Source: Mobula hypostoma
Lineage: Eukaryota
Assembly: GCF_963921235.1 (NCBI RefSeq)
Contig: NC_086108.1
Location: 4,588,001 to 4,652,000 of the forward strand
Length of the DNA stretch: 64,000 nucleotides
Direction: 5' to 3'
A program made the translations under genes and the position numbers. Of this stretch, positions 9,955-23,899 are shown piece after piece. The notes under the pieces were generated by a model, which was given only the letters and a program-made list of their open reading frames with translations, was not told the origin of the DNA and did no database searches. Within the stretch, counting starts at the first letter, position 1; each line of letters begins with the position of its first letter.

Positions 9955-12900
9955 CAGAATCAGGGTTATTGACACCGGCATGTGACGTGAAATTTGATAA
10001 CTTAGCAGCAGTTCAATGCAATACATAATCTAGCAGAGAGAGAGAAAAAAAACATAATAATTAATAAACAAGTAAATCAATTATGTGTATTGAATAGATT
10101 ATTAAAAAATGTGCAAGAACAGAAATACTGTATATTAAAAAAAGTGAGGTAGTGTCCAAAGCTTCAAAGTCCACTTAGGAATCGGATGTCAGAGGGGAGG
10201 AATCTGTTCCTGAATTGCTGAGTGTGTGCCTTCAGGCTCCTGTATCTCCTACCTGATGGTAACGGTGAGAAAAGGGCATGTCCTGGGTGCTGGAGGTCCT
10301 TAATAATGGACGCTACCTTTCTGAGACATCCATCCCTAAGGATTAGATTAGATTAGATTATGAGGACACTCAGTCCTCATTTATTGTCATTTAGAAATGC
10401 ATGCGTTAAAAAATGATACAATGTTCCTCCAGTATGATATCACAGAAACACAGGACAGACCAAGACTAAAACTGACAAAAACCACATAATTATAACATAC
10501 AGTTACAACAGTGCAAAGTGATACCGTAATTTGATAAAGAGCAGACCATGGGCACAGTAAAAAAAGTCTCAGAGTCCCGATAGCCCCATCATCTCACGCA
10601 GACGGTAGAAGGGAGAAACTCTCCCTGCCATGAGCTTCCAGCACCGCAAGCTTGCCGATGCAGCCCCCTGGAAGCACCCGACCACAGCTGACTCTGAGTC
10701 CGTCCAAAAACTTCGAGCCTCCGACCTGCCCTCCAACACCGGGCACCAAGCACCATCTCTGCCGAGCGCTTCGACCCCGCCCCAGCCACCGAGCAACAAG
10801 CAAAGCCGAGGACTCGGGGCCTTCTCCTCCGGAGATTTCAGATCACACAGTATCCTGGGTACTTTGTAGGCTAGTGCCTAAGATGGAGCTGACTAGATTT
10901 ACAACCTTCTGCAGCTTCCCTTCGGTCCTGTGCAGTAGCCCCTCCATACCAGACAGTGATGCAGCCTGTCAGAATGCTCTCCACAGTACAACTATAGAAG
11001 TTTCTGAGTGTATTTGTCGACATGTCAAATCGCTTCAAACTCCTAATAAAGTATAGCCACTGTCTTGCCTTCTTTATAACTACATCGATATGTTGGGACC
11101 AGGTTAAATCCTCAGAGATCTTGACACCCAGGAACTTGAAACTGCTCACTCTCTCCACCTCTGATCCCTCTATGAGGATTGGTATGCGTTCCTTCGTCTT
11201 ACCCTTCCCGAAGTCCACAATCAGCTCTTTCGACTTACTGATGTTGAGTGCCAGGTTGTTGCTGCAGCACCACTCCACTAGTTAGTATATCTCACTCCTG
11301 TACGCCCTCTCGTCACCACCTGAGATTCTACCAAATATGGATGTATCATCAGCAAATTTATAGATGGTATTTGAGCTATGCCTAGCCACACAGTCATGTG
11401 TATACAGAGAGTAGAGCAGTGGGCTAAGCACACACCCCTGAGGTGCACCAGTGATGTCAGCGAGGAGGATATGTTATCACCAATCCACACAGATTGTGGT
11501 CTTCCGGTTAGGAAGTTGAGGATCCAATTACAGGTGGAGATATAGAGGCCCAGGTTCTGCAACTTCTCAATCGGGATTGTGGGAACGATGGGATTAAATG
11601 CTGAGCTATAGTTAATGAACAGCATCCTGACATAGGTGTTTGTGTTGTCCATGTGGTCTAAAGCCATGTGGAGAGCCATTGAGATTACGTCTGCCATTGA
11701 CCTATTGTGGCAATAGGCAAATTGCAATGGGTCCAGGTCCTTGCTGAGGCAGGAGTTCAGTCTAGTCATGACCAACCTCTCAAAGCATTTCATCACTGTC
11801 GATGTGAGTGCTACCGGGCGATAGTCATTAAGACAGCTCACAATATTCTTCTTAGGCACTGGTATCATTGTTGCCTTTTTGAAGCAAGTGGGAACTTCTG
11901 CCCGTAGCAGTGAGAGGTTAAAAATGTCCTTAAATGTCCTGTTAGTTGGTTGGCACAGGTTTTCAGAACCTTACCAGGTACTCCATCGGGACCTTCTGCC
12001 TTGTGAGGGCTCCCTCTCTTTAGAGACAGCCTAATATCGGCCTCCGAGACAGGAATCACTGGGTCACCAGGTGCAGCAGGGATCTTCACAACTGTAGATG
12101 TGTTCTCCCTTTCAAAGTGTGCATAGAAGGCATTGAGATTGTCTGGTAGTGAAGCATCACCGCCATTCATGCTATTGGGTTTTGATTTGTAGGAAGTAAT
12201 GTCTTGCAGTCCCTGCCAGAGTTGCCGTGCATCTGATATCGCCTCTCCTCGTTTGAAATTGTCCCTTCGCCCTTGAGATATCCCTCCACAAATCATATCT
12301 GGTTTTCTGATACAGGTGTAGGTCGCCAGTCTTGAATGCCACAGATCTGGCCTTCAGCAGACGATGTACCTCCTGGTTCATCCACGGCTTTTGGTCTGGG
12401 AATGTACAGTAAGTCTTTGTAGGCACACACTCATCCACACAGGTTTTAATGAAGTCAGTAACAACTGCAGCATACTCATCCAGGTTCGAAGATGAATCTC
12501 TGAATACAGTCCAGTCCACCGATTCAAAGCCTGTAGGCTCCTGTGCTTCCCTTGTCCAAACCTTCTTGGTCCTCACTACTGGTGCTGCAGTCTTCAGTCT
12601 CTGCCTATACTCAGGGAGTAGAAGTACAGCCAGGTGATCAGACTTCCCGAAGTGAGGGTGTGGAATAGTACAGTAGGCATTCTTGATGCTGGTGTGACAG
12701 TGTTTCAGTGTGTTGTTTCTTCTGGTATTGCAAGTGATCTGTTGATGGTAATTGCTTTGTGATTTTTTCAGACTGGCCTGGTTAAAATCTCCCAAAACGA
12801 TGGTGAAGGCGTTAGGATCATCTAAAGCCTGCTTGACATTGGCTTGAGGTGGAATGTAAACTGCTACCAGAATGACCCCAGAGAAGTCCCGTGGTAGGTA

Positions 12901-13256
12901 AAAAGATGGCACTTTACTGCTAGATATTCCAGGTCTGGTGAGCAGAATTGGGACAGCACTGATATATTTGTGCACTAAGAAGAGTTGATCATGAGGCATA
13001 CTCCTCCAACTCTGCTTTTGAGAGACTCTATCGATCTATCCTGACACTGTATAGTAAACCCGTCGATCTGAATTGCGGCATCCGGTACGGAAGAGGCTAA
13101 CCAGGATTCCGTGAAACAAAGGACAGACGCGGTCCTAATGTCCCTCTGATTCATCACCCTAGCTCTGAGATCATTGATTTTATTCATGAGAGACTGCACG
13201 TTCGCCAGCAAGATTGTCAGTATAGGGAGTTTAAAACCTCGTTTCCTTAAACGCAC
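9955..13256 (-). mobile_element. Degenerate Rex1/Babar LINE (APE endonuclease plus RT), with a second Rex-type 3' end nested at about 10341-10851
   Basis: ORFs LLANVQSL...CFTESW (endonuclease), [12 protein letters not shown]...QFAY and KFLGV; the nested piece has a (GATTA)n tail. The element splits an RTE-derived repeat at caga/caga. Confidence 0.88.
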
Positions 13257-13949
13257 AGAGTTTTCTCTCTAGGTGAGCTGCCAACCACAGTTGCTGAACC
13301 CCATTTGCCTGAAGCAGCTGGTTTTAAGTCACCAGTAACCTGCCTTTGCCCTTTCTCCGGTTATTAGAAACGGTTCTGCTGGGTTTGGTAACTGAGCCAC
13401 ATGTGAAGGCCCGGAGCTGGACTTGGCTGTCGGATTCTATTTGAGGCACACATCATTGGGAGCATTTAATAAGTAGTGGGAGTTTATCCTCATTACCACC
13501 CCTGGATATAACGACCCTAAGGAAACAACATAACTCACAGGCGTCAGGGCTCCACCTTCGCGAGTGGACTTCAGACTCACAGAGCTGGGACCTTCTGCTG
13601 CCGTTGGAGAAGACGTGAACTGAACTGAATATGCATGGTTGCTTTTTGATTTTGTGTTTTAGATTCTGTGTTTCTTGCTTGTTTTTCTTTTGTTGTTTTT
13701 GTGATTTTTTTGTGCACGGGGAGTGGAGTTTGATGTCTTTCTTTGAACACGTGCTATGGTGTTTCTTTGTTTCGTGGCTGTCTGCGGGAAGGTGAATCTC
13801 GGGGTTGTATGCTGCATACAAACTTTGATAATAAATGTACTTTGAACGTTTGAATTTGAGGCTGCAATGGTGTGTATTTGGATTGGAATTGGTTTATTAC
13901 TGTCACATGTGAAAAGCTTCTCTTGCATACAATACATACAGATTCCTGG

Positions 13950-14380
13950 ATTGAAAGGCTTGTCATCTGAGGAGCATTCGAAGCTTTGGGCCTGTAATCC
14001 ATGGAATTCAGAAGAATGAGGGGTGACCTCATTGAAAGCAATCGAATGTGGAAAGACTTCGACAGAGTGGACATGGAGAGGTTATTTTCTGTGGTGGGAG
14101 AGCCTAAGACCAGAGGACACAGGCTCAGAATAGAGGGACGTCCTTTTAGAACTGAGATGAAGAGGAATTTCTTTAGCCAGAAAGTGGTGAATCTGTGGAA
14201 TTTGTTGCCACAGGCACATCATTGGATCTATTTAAGGCAGAGATTGGTGGATTCTTGATAAGTCAGGGCATGAAGGGATACGTGGAGAAGGAAGGAGATT
14301 GGGGCTGAGGGAAAGGTGGGTCGGTCATGATGAAATGGGGGAGCAGACTCGATGGGCCAAATGGCGTAATTCTGCTCCTT
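13950..14380 (+). mobile_element. CR1 3' fragment
   Basis: EFRRMRGDLIE...TRGH...NFFSQKVVNLWN. Confidence 0.8.
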
Positions 14381-15200
14381 TATTTTATAGCCTAAGATCA
14401 AGCTAACCCTTCCCTCCACATCATCCTCCAGTTTTCTATTCCGGACACGGTGGAATATTTAAACGTAGAAATAACTTGCACCTTGATGCAGTTTATGTTT
14501 TATTTTAAATTCTTGTTAAATTGCAATACTCTTGCGATAGTTAATTTCCCAAATTCTCCCCAGCACTAATTCTTCTCTGGTGAAGGAACTGCTTGTTGCT
14601 GCGGCCACACAATACATTGGTATTTCACAGCATCAGAATCAGGTTTAATATCACTGGTATATGTTGTGAAATTTGTTGTCTTGTGGCAGCAGTACATTGC
14701 CATACATAACAATAAAAACTGTAAATTACAGCAAGAAATACATACATAAAATTAAATTTAATAACTAGTGCAAAAATAATAAAAGTAATGAGGTAGTGTT
14801 CATGGGATTAATGTCCATTCAGTAATCTGATGACAGAGGGGAAGAAGCTGTTCCTGAATCGTTGAGTGTGTGTTTCAGGCTCCTGTACCTCCTCCCTGAT
14901 GGTAACAATGAGAACAAGTCATGTCCTGGGTGATGAGGGTCCTTAATGATGGATGCTGCCTTTCTGATGCAGCTTTCCTTGAAGATGTCCTGAATACTAT
15001 GGAGGCTAGTGCCCTTGATGGAGACGACTAAGTTTAAAACTCTTTGTAGCTCACTTCGATCCTGTGCAGTAGCAACTACACCCCCCCTCCCCAGACCAGA
15101 CGGTGATGCAGCCAGTTAGAATGCTCTTCACGGGACATCTGTAGAAATTTGTGAGTGTTTTTGGTGACATACCAAATCTCCTCAAACTCCTCATGAAATC

Positions 15201-16582
15201 CAGTGTCTACAAAAAGTATTCACCACCCTCCCCCCCCGGGAGTTTTCATGTTTTATTGTTTTACAACATTGAATTACAATGGGTTTAATTTGGCTTTTTT
15301 GACACCGATCAATAGAAAAAGACTTTTGTGTCATAGTGAAAACAGATCTCTACAAAGTGATCTAAATTAATTACAAATATAAAACACAAAATGATTGATT
15401 GCATAAGTATTCACCCCCTTTAATATGACACATTAAATCATCACTGGTTCAACCAATTGGTTTTAAAAGTCACATAATTAGTTAATTGGAGATCTGTTTT
15501 TGGAGACCTGTGTGCAGTCAATTGATTGTAGTAAAAATACACCTGTATCTGGAAAGTTCAACTGCTGGTGAGTCAGTGTCCTGTCAAAAACTACACTGTG
15601 AAGATAAAAGAACACTCCAAGCAAATCTGTGAAAAAGTTATTGAAAAGCACAAGTCAGGAGATGGATACAGGGAAATTTTCAAGTTCACTGAATATCCTT
15701 TGGAGAACAGTTAAGTCAATCAAGAAATGGAAAGAATATGGCTCAGCTGTAAATCTGCCTAGAGCAGGCCGTCCTCAAAAACTGAGTGACCGTGCAAGAA
15801 GGGGACTTGTGAGGGAGGCCACCAAGAGACCCATGACAACTCTGGAGGAGTTACAAGCTTCAGTGGCTGAGATGGGAGAGACTGCACATACAACAACTGT
15901 TGCCCAGGTGCTTCACCAGTCACAGTTTTATTGGAGAATGACGAAGAGAAAGTCACCATTGAAAAAAGCTCACATAAAATCTCGACTAGAGTTTGCCAGA
16001 AGGCATGTGAGAGACTCTGAAGTCAGCTAGAAGAAGTTTCTATGGTCCGATGAAACCAGAATTGAGCTTTTTGGCCATCAGACTAAACGCTATGTTAGAC
16101 GTAAGCCAAACATCGTACATCATCAAACACAGACCATTGCTACTGTGAAGAACGGTGGTGGCTGCATCATGCTGTGGGGATGCTTCACTGCAGCAGACCC
16201 TGGAAGGCTTGTGAAGGTAGAGGGTAAAATGAATGCCGCAAAATACAGGGAAATCCTGGAGGAAAACCTGATGCAGTCTGCAAGAGAACTGTGACTTGGG
16301 AGAAGATTTGTTTTCCAGCAAGACAATGACCCCAAGCAAAAAAGCTACACAGGAACAGCTTAAAAATGACAGTTAATGCCCTGAGTAGCCAAGTCAGAGT
16401 CCTGACCACAATCCAATTGAGAACCTGTGGCTGGACTTGAAAACGGCTGGTCATTCATGATCCCCATGCAATTTGACAGAGCTTGAGCAGTTTTGTAAAG
16501 AGCTGCTTGTAAAGAAGAATGGGGAAAATTTGTAGTGTCCGGATGTGCAAAGCTGATAGAGACCTATCCACACAGACTCAAG
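15201..16582 (+). mobile_element. Degenerate Tc1 (IR/DR type, Passport-like) transposon; right end missing
   Basis: Left end CAGTG with repeated aagtattcacc DR (about 15215 and 15406). Frameshifted transposase with paired-like HTH (NLPRAGRPQKL), WSDET, QQDNDPK and NPIENLW motifs. Confidence 0.9.
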
Positions 16583-18913
16583 AGAGGGTGGGGAAGAGAG
16601 AAGAGAGGGAACGAGACTGAATGCCTGCAAGAAAATGAATCCTAGGGTAGAGTATGATGACATACCATGCATACTTTGATAATAAATTGAACTTTGTTTA
16701 ATGCTGATTTTTTGTTACACATCCTCAACACATGACCGCAAATTCTAAACACCTGTAGGTGCCGACAGCCTTGATCCTTGTGCACGTGACAATAAATTTG
16801 ATCTTGAAAATGCAGGAAACACTCAGCAGGTCAGACAGTGTCTGTGGAAAGGAAATGGAGGAGGCATCTCAGGTTGAAATATCAAGAGCCCAAAACTTTG
16901 GATGCTGCCTGACCTCCTGAGTCTTTTGATGTTAGTGTCTTTGCCTGAAGCAACTTTAAATGCCTCAGTGTTACTATTTTGGAGAACCTGCCCCGGGTCC
17001 AGGATGTAAGTGCAATTAAGAAGAACGTATGGCAATGCCTCTACTTGTGAGAGTAAGAGTTCGGCACGGACTAGAAGGGCCGAGATGGCCTGTTTCCGTG
17101 CTGTAATTGTTATATGGTTACTTCCTTAAGAGTCTGTGGAGATTCAGGATGACACCTAAGGCTTTCACAAACTTCTATAGATGTTTGGTGGAGAGTGTAT
17201 TGACTGGCTGCCACACAGCATTATTGGAAACTCCAATGTCCTTAAACAGAAAATCCTATAAAAGGTCGTGGATTCGGCCCTTCATGGTAATGCCATCCCA
17301 CCATTGAATACATCTACATGAAATGCTGTCACAGGAAAGTAGCATCCATCATCAGAGACCCCCAACACACGGGACATGCTCGCTTTCCGCTGCTGGCATC
17401 AGGTAGAAGGTACAGGAGCCTCAGACCCGCACCACCAGCTTCAGGAGCAGTTAATACCCCACAGCCATCACGCTCTTAAACAAAAGGGGATAACTCAACT
17501 TCACTTGCCCCATCACTGAACTGTTCCCACAACCTATGGACTCACTTTCAAAGACTCTTCATCTCATGTTCTCGATATTTATTGCTTATTTATTTATTAT
17601 TATTTTTGTTTCTTCTTTTTGTATTTGCAGTTTGTTGTCATCTGCACTCTGATTGAGTCCCCAGCTGGGCGATATCTCAGTGATCCTGTTACAGTCACTA
17701 TTTTGTAGATTTTCTGAGTATGCCCACAGGAAAATGACTCTCAGGGTTGTATCTGGTGACACACATGTACTTTAAGCCTTAGAGCAGCAGGTCGTCATCG
17801 GTTCAACAGTGAATCTTACAAATGATTTCAGGGCAGTGGAGGGAAAGGATCTGAAAAGTCATCACATCCTCAATGAACTGAACAGACTCCAGAATCGCTC
17901 TGATTAAAGTTAATTCCAGTTAATTATTTTACATTTACATACATTTGCAGCTTCGTATTTTAAGTTTTTTTCCCTCCCACAAAGTATTTCTCACCCTATT
18001 TGTTTCTTTTGTAAACTTTGAACGTTAAATTTAGTGATTGAGGTACTATGAACTTTGTAGTTTTGTGTTGTTTTACGTAGTTCAGTGTAGTTTTTGTATT
18101 GTTCATGTAGCAGCATGGTCCTGAAAAACGTCTTGTTTTTACTGTGTACTGTACCAGCAGTTATGGTCGAAATGACAATAAAAAGTGACTTGACTTGACT
18201 TGATGAGCTGTTTGCTGGTTTGTGATCCGCCCATTTCAGATGTTTCCGATAGTAGGAGAGTCTAGGACAAGAGGTCACAGCCTCAGAGTAGAATCCATTT
18301 ACAATAGAGATGAGGAGGAATTTCTTCAACTGGGGGCGGTGAATCTGTGGAATTCGTTGCCACAGACGGCTGTGGAGGCCAAGTCACTGGGGATGTTTAA
18401 AGCAGAGGTTGATAGAAGCTTGGTTAGTCAGGGTGTCAAGGGTTACAGGGAGAAGGGAAGGGAGTGGAGTTTAGAGGGAAAATGTATCAGCGATGGTGGG
18501 ACAGCAGAACGGATTCAATGCCTGAATGAGTTCTGCTCCTTTGCCATATGGTCTTATTAGAGATCTCTGTGGTGGAACATAGACCCTGGAAAATCGTACA
18601 GTGGACCCACTGTGCTCCATTTTCATCCAGCTAGTGCAAGTTTATCTATTCCCTGCATCTCACAGGCACTGTGCTTCATGCATGGGTGAGTAACCCAAAG
18701 GCAATTTAGAGAGGCACTGGCCCTTGTCTATTAATTTAATATCCCTATAGATCGAAATCCTCTATGTACACAGCCAGTCGACGCCCTGCAGTGACAGAAC
18801 ACACGTTACATCTGCAAATGTCAACTTGGGTAGGCACCGTCCTTTTAACAGAGAACGAAAAAACAGTACGGTGCAGGATAGGCCCTGCGGCCCACAATGT
18901 GTGCTCATCTTTC

Positions 18914-21900
18914 AACCTACCGACAGAGGCGTAACCTGCCGAGAGAGGCACAACCTACCGAGAGAGGCGTAACCTACCGAGAGAGGCGTAACCTACCGAC
19001 AGAGGCGTAACCTACCGAGAGAGGCGTAACCTACCGACAGAGGCGTAACCTACCGACAGAGGCGTAACCTGCCAAGAGAGGCGTAACCTACCGAGAGAGG
19101 TACAACCTACCGACAGAGGCGTAACCTACCGAGAGAGGCGTAACCTACCGAGAGAGGTACAACCTACCGACAGAGGCGTAACCTACCGAGAGAGGCGTAA
19201 CCTACCGAGAGAGGCGTAACCTACCGACAGAGGCGTAACCTGCCGAGAGAGGCGTAACCTACCGACAGAGGCGTAACCTACCGAGAGAGGCGTAACCTAC
19301 CGACAGAGGTACAACCTACCGACAGAGGCGTAACCTACCGAGAGAGGCGTAACCTACCGAGAGAGGCGTAACCTACCGACAGAGGCGTAACCTGCCGAGA
19401 GAGGCGTAACCTACCGACAGAGGCGTAACCTACCGAGAGAGGCGTAACCTACCGACAGAGGCGTAACCTACCGAGAGAGGCGTAACCTACTGAGAGAGGT
19501 ACAACCTACCGACAGAGGCGTAACCTACCGAGAGAGGCGTAACCTACTGAGAGAGGTACAACCTACCGACAGAGGCGTAACCTGCCGAGAGAGGCGTAAC
19601 CTACCGAGAGAGGCGTAACCTACCGACAGAGGCGTAACCTGCCGAGAGAGGCGTAACCTACCGACAGAGGCGTAACCTACCGAGAGAGGCGTAACCTACT
19701 GAGAGAGGTACAACCTACCGACAGAGGCGTAACCTACCGAGAGAGGCGTAACCTACTGAGAGAGGTACAACCTACCGACAGAGGCGTAACCTGCCGAGAG
19801 AGGCGTAACCTACCGAGAGAGGCGTAACCTACCGACAGAGGCGTAACCTGCCGAGAGAGGCGTAACCTACCGACAGAGGCGTAACCAACCAAGAGAGGCG
19901 TAACCTACCGACAGAGGCGTAACCTACCGAGAGAGGCGTAACCTACTGAGAGAGGTACAACCTACCGACAGAGGCGTAACCTACCGAGAGAGGCGTAACC
20001 TACTGAGAGAGGTACAACCTACCGACAGAGGCGTAACCTGCCGAGAGAGGCGTAACCTACCGAGAGAGGCGTAACCTACCGAGAGAGGCGTAACCTGCCG
20101 AGAGAGGTACAACCTACCGACAGAGGCGTAACCTACTGAGAGAGGCGTAACCTGCCGAGAGAGGCGTAACCTGCCAAGAGAGGCGTAACCTGCCGAGAGA
20201 GGCGTAACCTACTGAGAGAGGTACAACCTACCGACAGAGGCGTAACCTGCCGAGAGAGGTACAACCTACCGACAGAGGCGTAACCTACTGAGAGAGGCGT
20301 AACCTACTGAGAGAGGCACAACCTACCGAGAGAGGTATAACCTACCGAGAGAGGTACAACCTACCGAGAGGCGTAACCTGCCGAGAGAGGCGTAACCTGC
20401 CGAGAGAGGTGTAACCTACCGACAGAGGCGTAACCTACCGAGAGAGGCGTAACCTACCGACAGAGGCGTAACCTACCGAGAGAGGCGTAACCTACTGAGA
20501 GAGGTACAACCTACCGACAGAGGCGTAACCTACCGAGAGAGGCGTAACCTACTGAGAGAGGTACAACCTACCGACAGAGGCGTAACCTACTGAGAGAGGC
20601 GTAACCTGCCGAGAGAGGCGTAACCTGCCGAGAGAGGCGTAACCTGCCGAGAGAGGTACAACCTACCGACAGAAGCGTAACCTGCCGAGAGAGGCGTAAC
20701 CTACCGACAGAGGCGTAACCTACTGAGAGAGGTACAACCTACCGACAGAGGCGTAACCTGCCGAGAGAGACGTAACCTGCCGAGAGAGGCGTAACCTGCC
20801 GAGAGAGGCGTAACCTGCCAAGAGAGGCGTAACCTGCCGAGAGAGGCGTAACCTACTGAGAGAGGTACAACCTACCGACAGAGGCGTAACCTGCCGAGAG
20901 AGGTACAACCTACCGACAGAGGCGTAACCTACTGAGAGAGGCGTAACCTACTGAGAGAGGCACAACCTACCGAGAGAGGTATAACCTACCGAGAGAGGTA
21001 CAACCTACCGAGAGAGGCGTAACCTGCCGAGAGAGGCGTAACCTGCCGAGAGAGGCGTAACCTACCGAGAGAGGCGTAACCTGCCGAGAGAGGCGTAACC
21101 TACCGAGAGAGGCGTAACCTACCGAGAGAGGCGTAACCTACCGAGAGAGGCGTAACCTGCTGAGAGAGGCGTAACCTACCGAGAGAGGCGTAACCTGCCG
21201 AGAGAGACATAACCTACTGACAGAGGCGTGACCTGCCGAGAGAGGCGTAACCTACCGAGAGAGGCGTAACCTGCCGAGAGAGGCGTAACCTACCGACAGA
21301 GGCGTAACCTGCCGGCAGAGGCGTAACCTGCCGAGAGAGGCGTAACCTACCGACAGAGGCGTGACCTGCCGAGAGAGGCGTAACCTGCCGAGAGAGGCGT
21401 AACCTACCGACAGAGGTACAACCTACCGACAGAGGCGTAACCTACCGACAGAGGCGTGACCTGCCGACAGAGGCGTGACCTGCCGAGAGAGGCGTAACCT
21501 ACCGACAGAGGCGTGACCTGCCGAGAGAGGCGTAACCTACCGAGAGAGGCGTGACCTGCCGAGAGAGGCGTAACCTACCGACAGAGGCGTGACCTGCCGA
21601 GAGAGGCGTAACCTACCGAGAGAGGCGTGACCTGCCGAGAGAGGCGTAACCTACCGACAGAGGCGTGACCTGCCGAGAGAGGCGTAACCTACCGAGAGAG
21701 GCGTGACCTGCCGAGAGAGGCGTAACCTACCGAGAGAGGCGTGACCTGCCGAGAGAGGCGTAACCTACCGAGAGAGGCGTGACCTGCCGAGAGAGGCGTA
21801 ACCTGCCGAGAGAGGCGTAACCTACCGAGAGAGGCGTGACCTGCCGAGAGAGGCGTAACCTACCGAGAGAGGCGTAACCTACCGACAGAGGCGTAACCTG

Positions 21901-22369
21901 CCGGCAGAGGCGTAACCTGCCGAGAGAGGCGTAACCTACCGACAGAGGCGTGACCTGCCGAGAGAGGCGTAACCTACCGAGAGAGGCGTAACCTACCGAG
22001 AGAGGCGTGACCTGCCGAGAGAGGCGTAACCTACCGAGAGAGGCGTAACCTACCGACAGAGGCGTAACCTGCCGGCAGAGGCGTAACCTGCCGAGAGAGG
22101 CGTAACCTACCGACAGAGGCGTGACCTGCCGAGAGAGGCGTAACCTGCCGAGAGAGGCGTAACCTCCCGACAGAGGTACAACCTACCGACAGAGGCGTAA
22201 CCTACCGACAGAGGCGTGACCTGCCGACAGAGGCGTGACCTGCCGAGAGAGGCGTAACCTGCCGACAGAGGCGTGACCTGCCGAGAGAGGCGTAACCTAC
22301 CGAGAGAGGCGTGACCTGCCGAGAGAGGCGTAACCTGCCGAGAGAGACATAACCTACTGACAGAGGTAT
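18914..22369. repeat. 19-bp minisatellite, about 180 copies (AACCTACCGAGAGAGGCGT and variants)
   Basis: Directly visible tandem array. Confidence 0.98.
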
Positions 22370-22730
22370 GTAAGATTGAGAGGCAGAGATAGCGTGGACA
22401 GAGAATATCAGTTTCCCAGGGTAGAAATGTCTAATACCAGAGGGCATACATTGAAGGTGAGGGAGGTGGGGGTAGGTTCAAGGGGGATGTGACGGGTAAG
22501 TTTTTTACTCAGAGAGTGGTGGATGCGCTGCCTGCTATGGTTGTAGAGGCAAATACATTAGAGGCTCTTAAGAGACGTTTAGATAAGCACAGCGATATGG
22601 AGGGAGGTGGCCACAGTGTAGGGAGGAGGGATTAGTGTTTGTGTGTTTTTGATTTACTTTATAGCTGGTTCAGCACAACATTGTGGGCCAAATGGCCTGT
22701 TCCTGTGCTGTACTCTTCTGTGTTCTATGT
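22360..22730 (+). mobile_element. CR1 3' fragment forming the right flank of the 19-bp satellite
   Basis: Aligns by eye with the CR1 copy at 6311-6700. Confidence 0.8.
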
Positions 22731-23899
22731 TGTATGTACTCTAAGATCGATCTCGCCCTTCCCTCCCACGTGGCCCTCCATTTTTCTACCATCCGCGTGC
22801 CTGAGACTCTCTTAAACGTCCCTAATGTCTCCAGCACCACCCTGGCAGCACATTCCACGCACCCGCTACTCTGTGATTAAAAACTACCTCTAATGTCCCC
22901 CCCATACTTTCCTTCAATCACCTTAAAATGATGCCCTCTCACATTAACCACTTCCACCCTGAGCAACACACTCTATCTACGCCTCTTTTCACCTTGGATG
23001 GCAGGGTGGAGATATTCTACCAACCGGTACGTCTTTGGACTGTGGGAGGAAACCGGAGCACCCAGAGGAAAGCCATGCGCTCGCTCGGAGAATGTACAAA
23101 CTCCTTACGGGCAGCGGCGGGAATTGAACCCAGGTCATCTGTACTGTAAAGCGTTGTGCTGACCACTATGCTACCGTGCCACACTCTCTATCCAAACCTC
23201 TCCTAAATGTTGAAATCGAAAACGCGTCCGCCACTTGCGCTGGCAGCTCATTCCACACTTGCACCACCCTCCGAGTGCAGAAGTTACCCCTCAATTTCCC
23301 TTAACGTTTTCACCTTTCATCCTTAACTTATGACCTCTAGTTTGAGTCTCAGTGGAAGAAGAAGGTTGTACTGGGTTACTACCCAAGCTGAGGTACAAGG
23401 GATACCTGAGCAATCTCTCCAAGGCAGCAAGGGACACACAATAAATACTAATTCAAAAGTCATGTTGCAACTTTAAAAGACCATAGGATACAGGAGCAGA
23501 ATTAGGCGATTTGACCCATTGAGTCTACTCCACCATTTCATCATGGCTGATCCAATTTTCCTCTCAGCCCCAATCTCCTGCCTTCCCCCTGTATCTCTTC
23601 ATACCTGGAGCAACCAAGAATCTATCAACCTCTGCCTTAAACATAATTAAAGACTTGGCCTCCTTAGTTTTCTGTGGCAAAGGATTCCACAGATTCTCCG
23701 CTCTCTGGCTAAAGAAATTCTTGCTTATTACCATTTTAAAAGGATGCCCCTCTATTCTGAGGCTGTGTCCTCTGCTCTTAGACTCTCCCACCATAGAAAA
23801 CATCCTCTCCACATCCACTCTATCGAGGCCTTTCATCATTCAATTACAAAACCCCTCACCCTTCTGAATTCTAGTGAATACAGGCCCAGTGCCTTCAAA

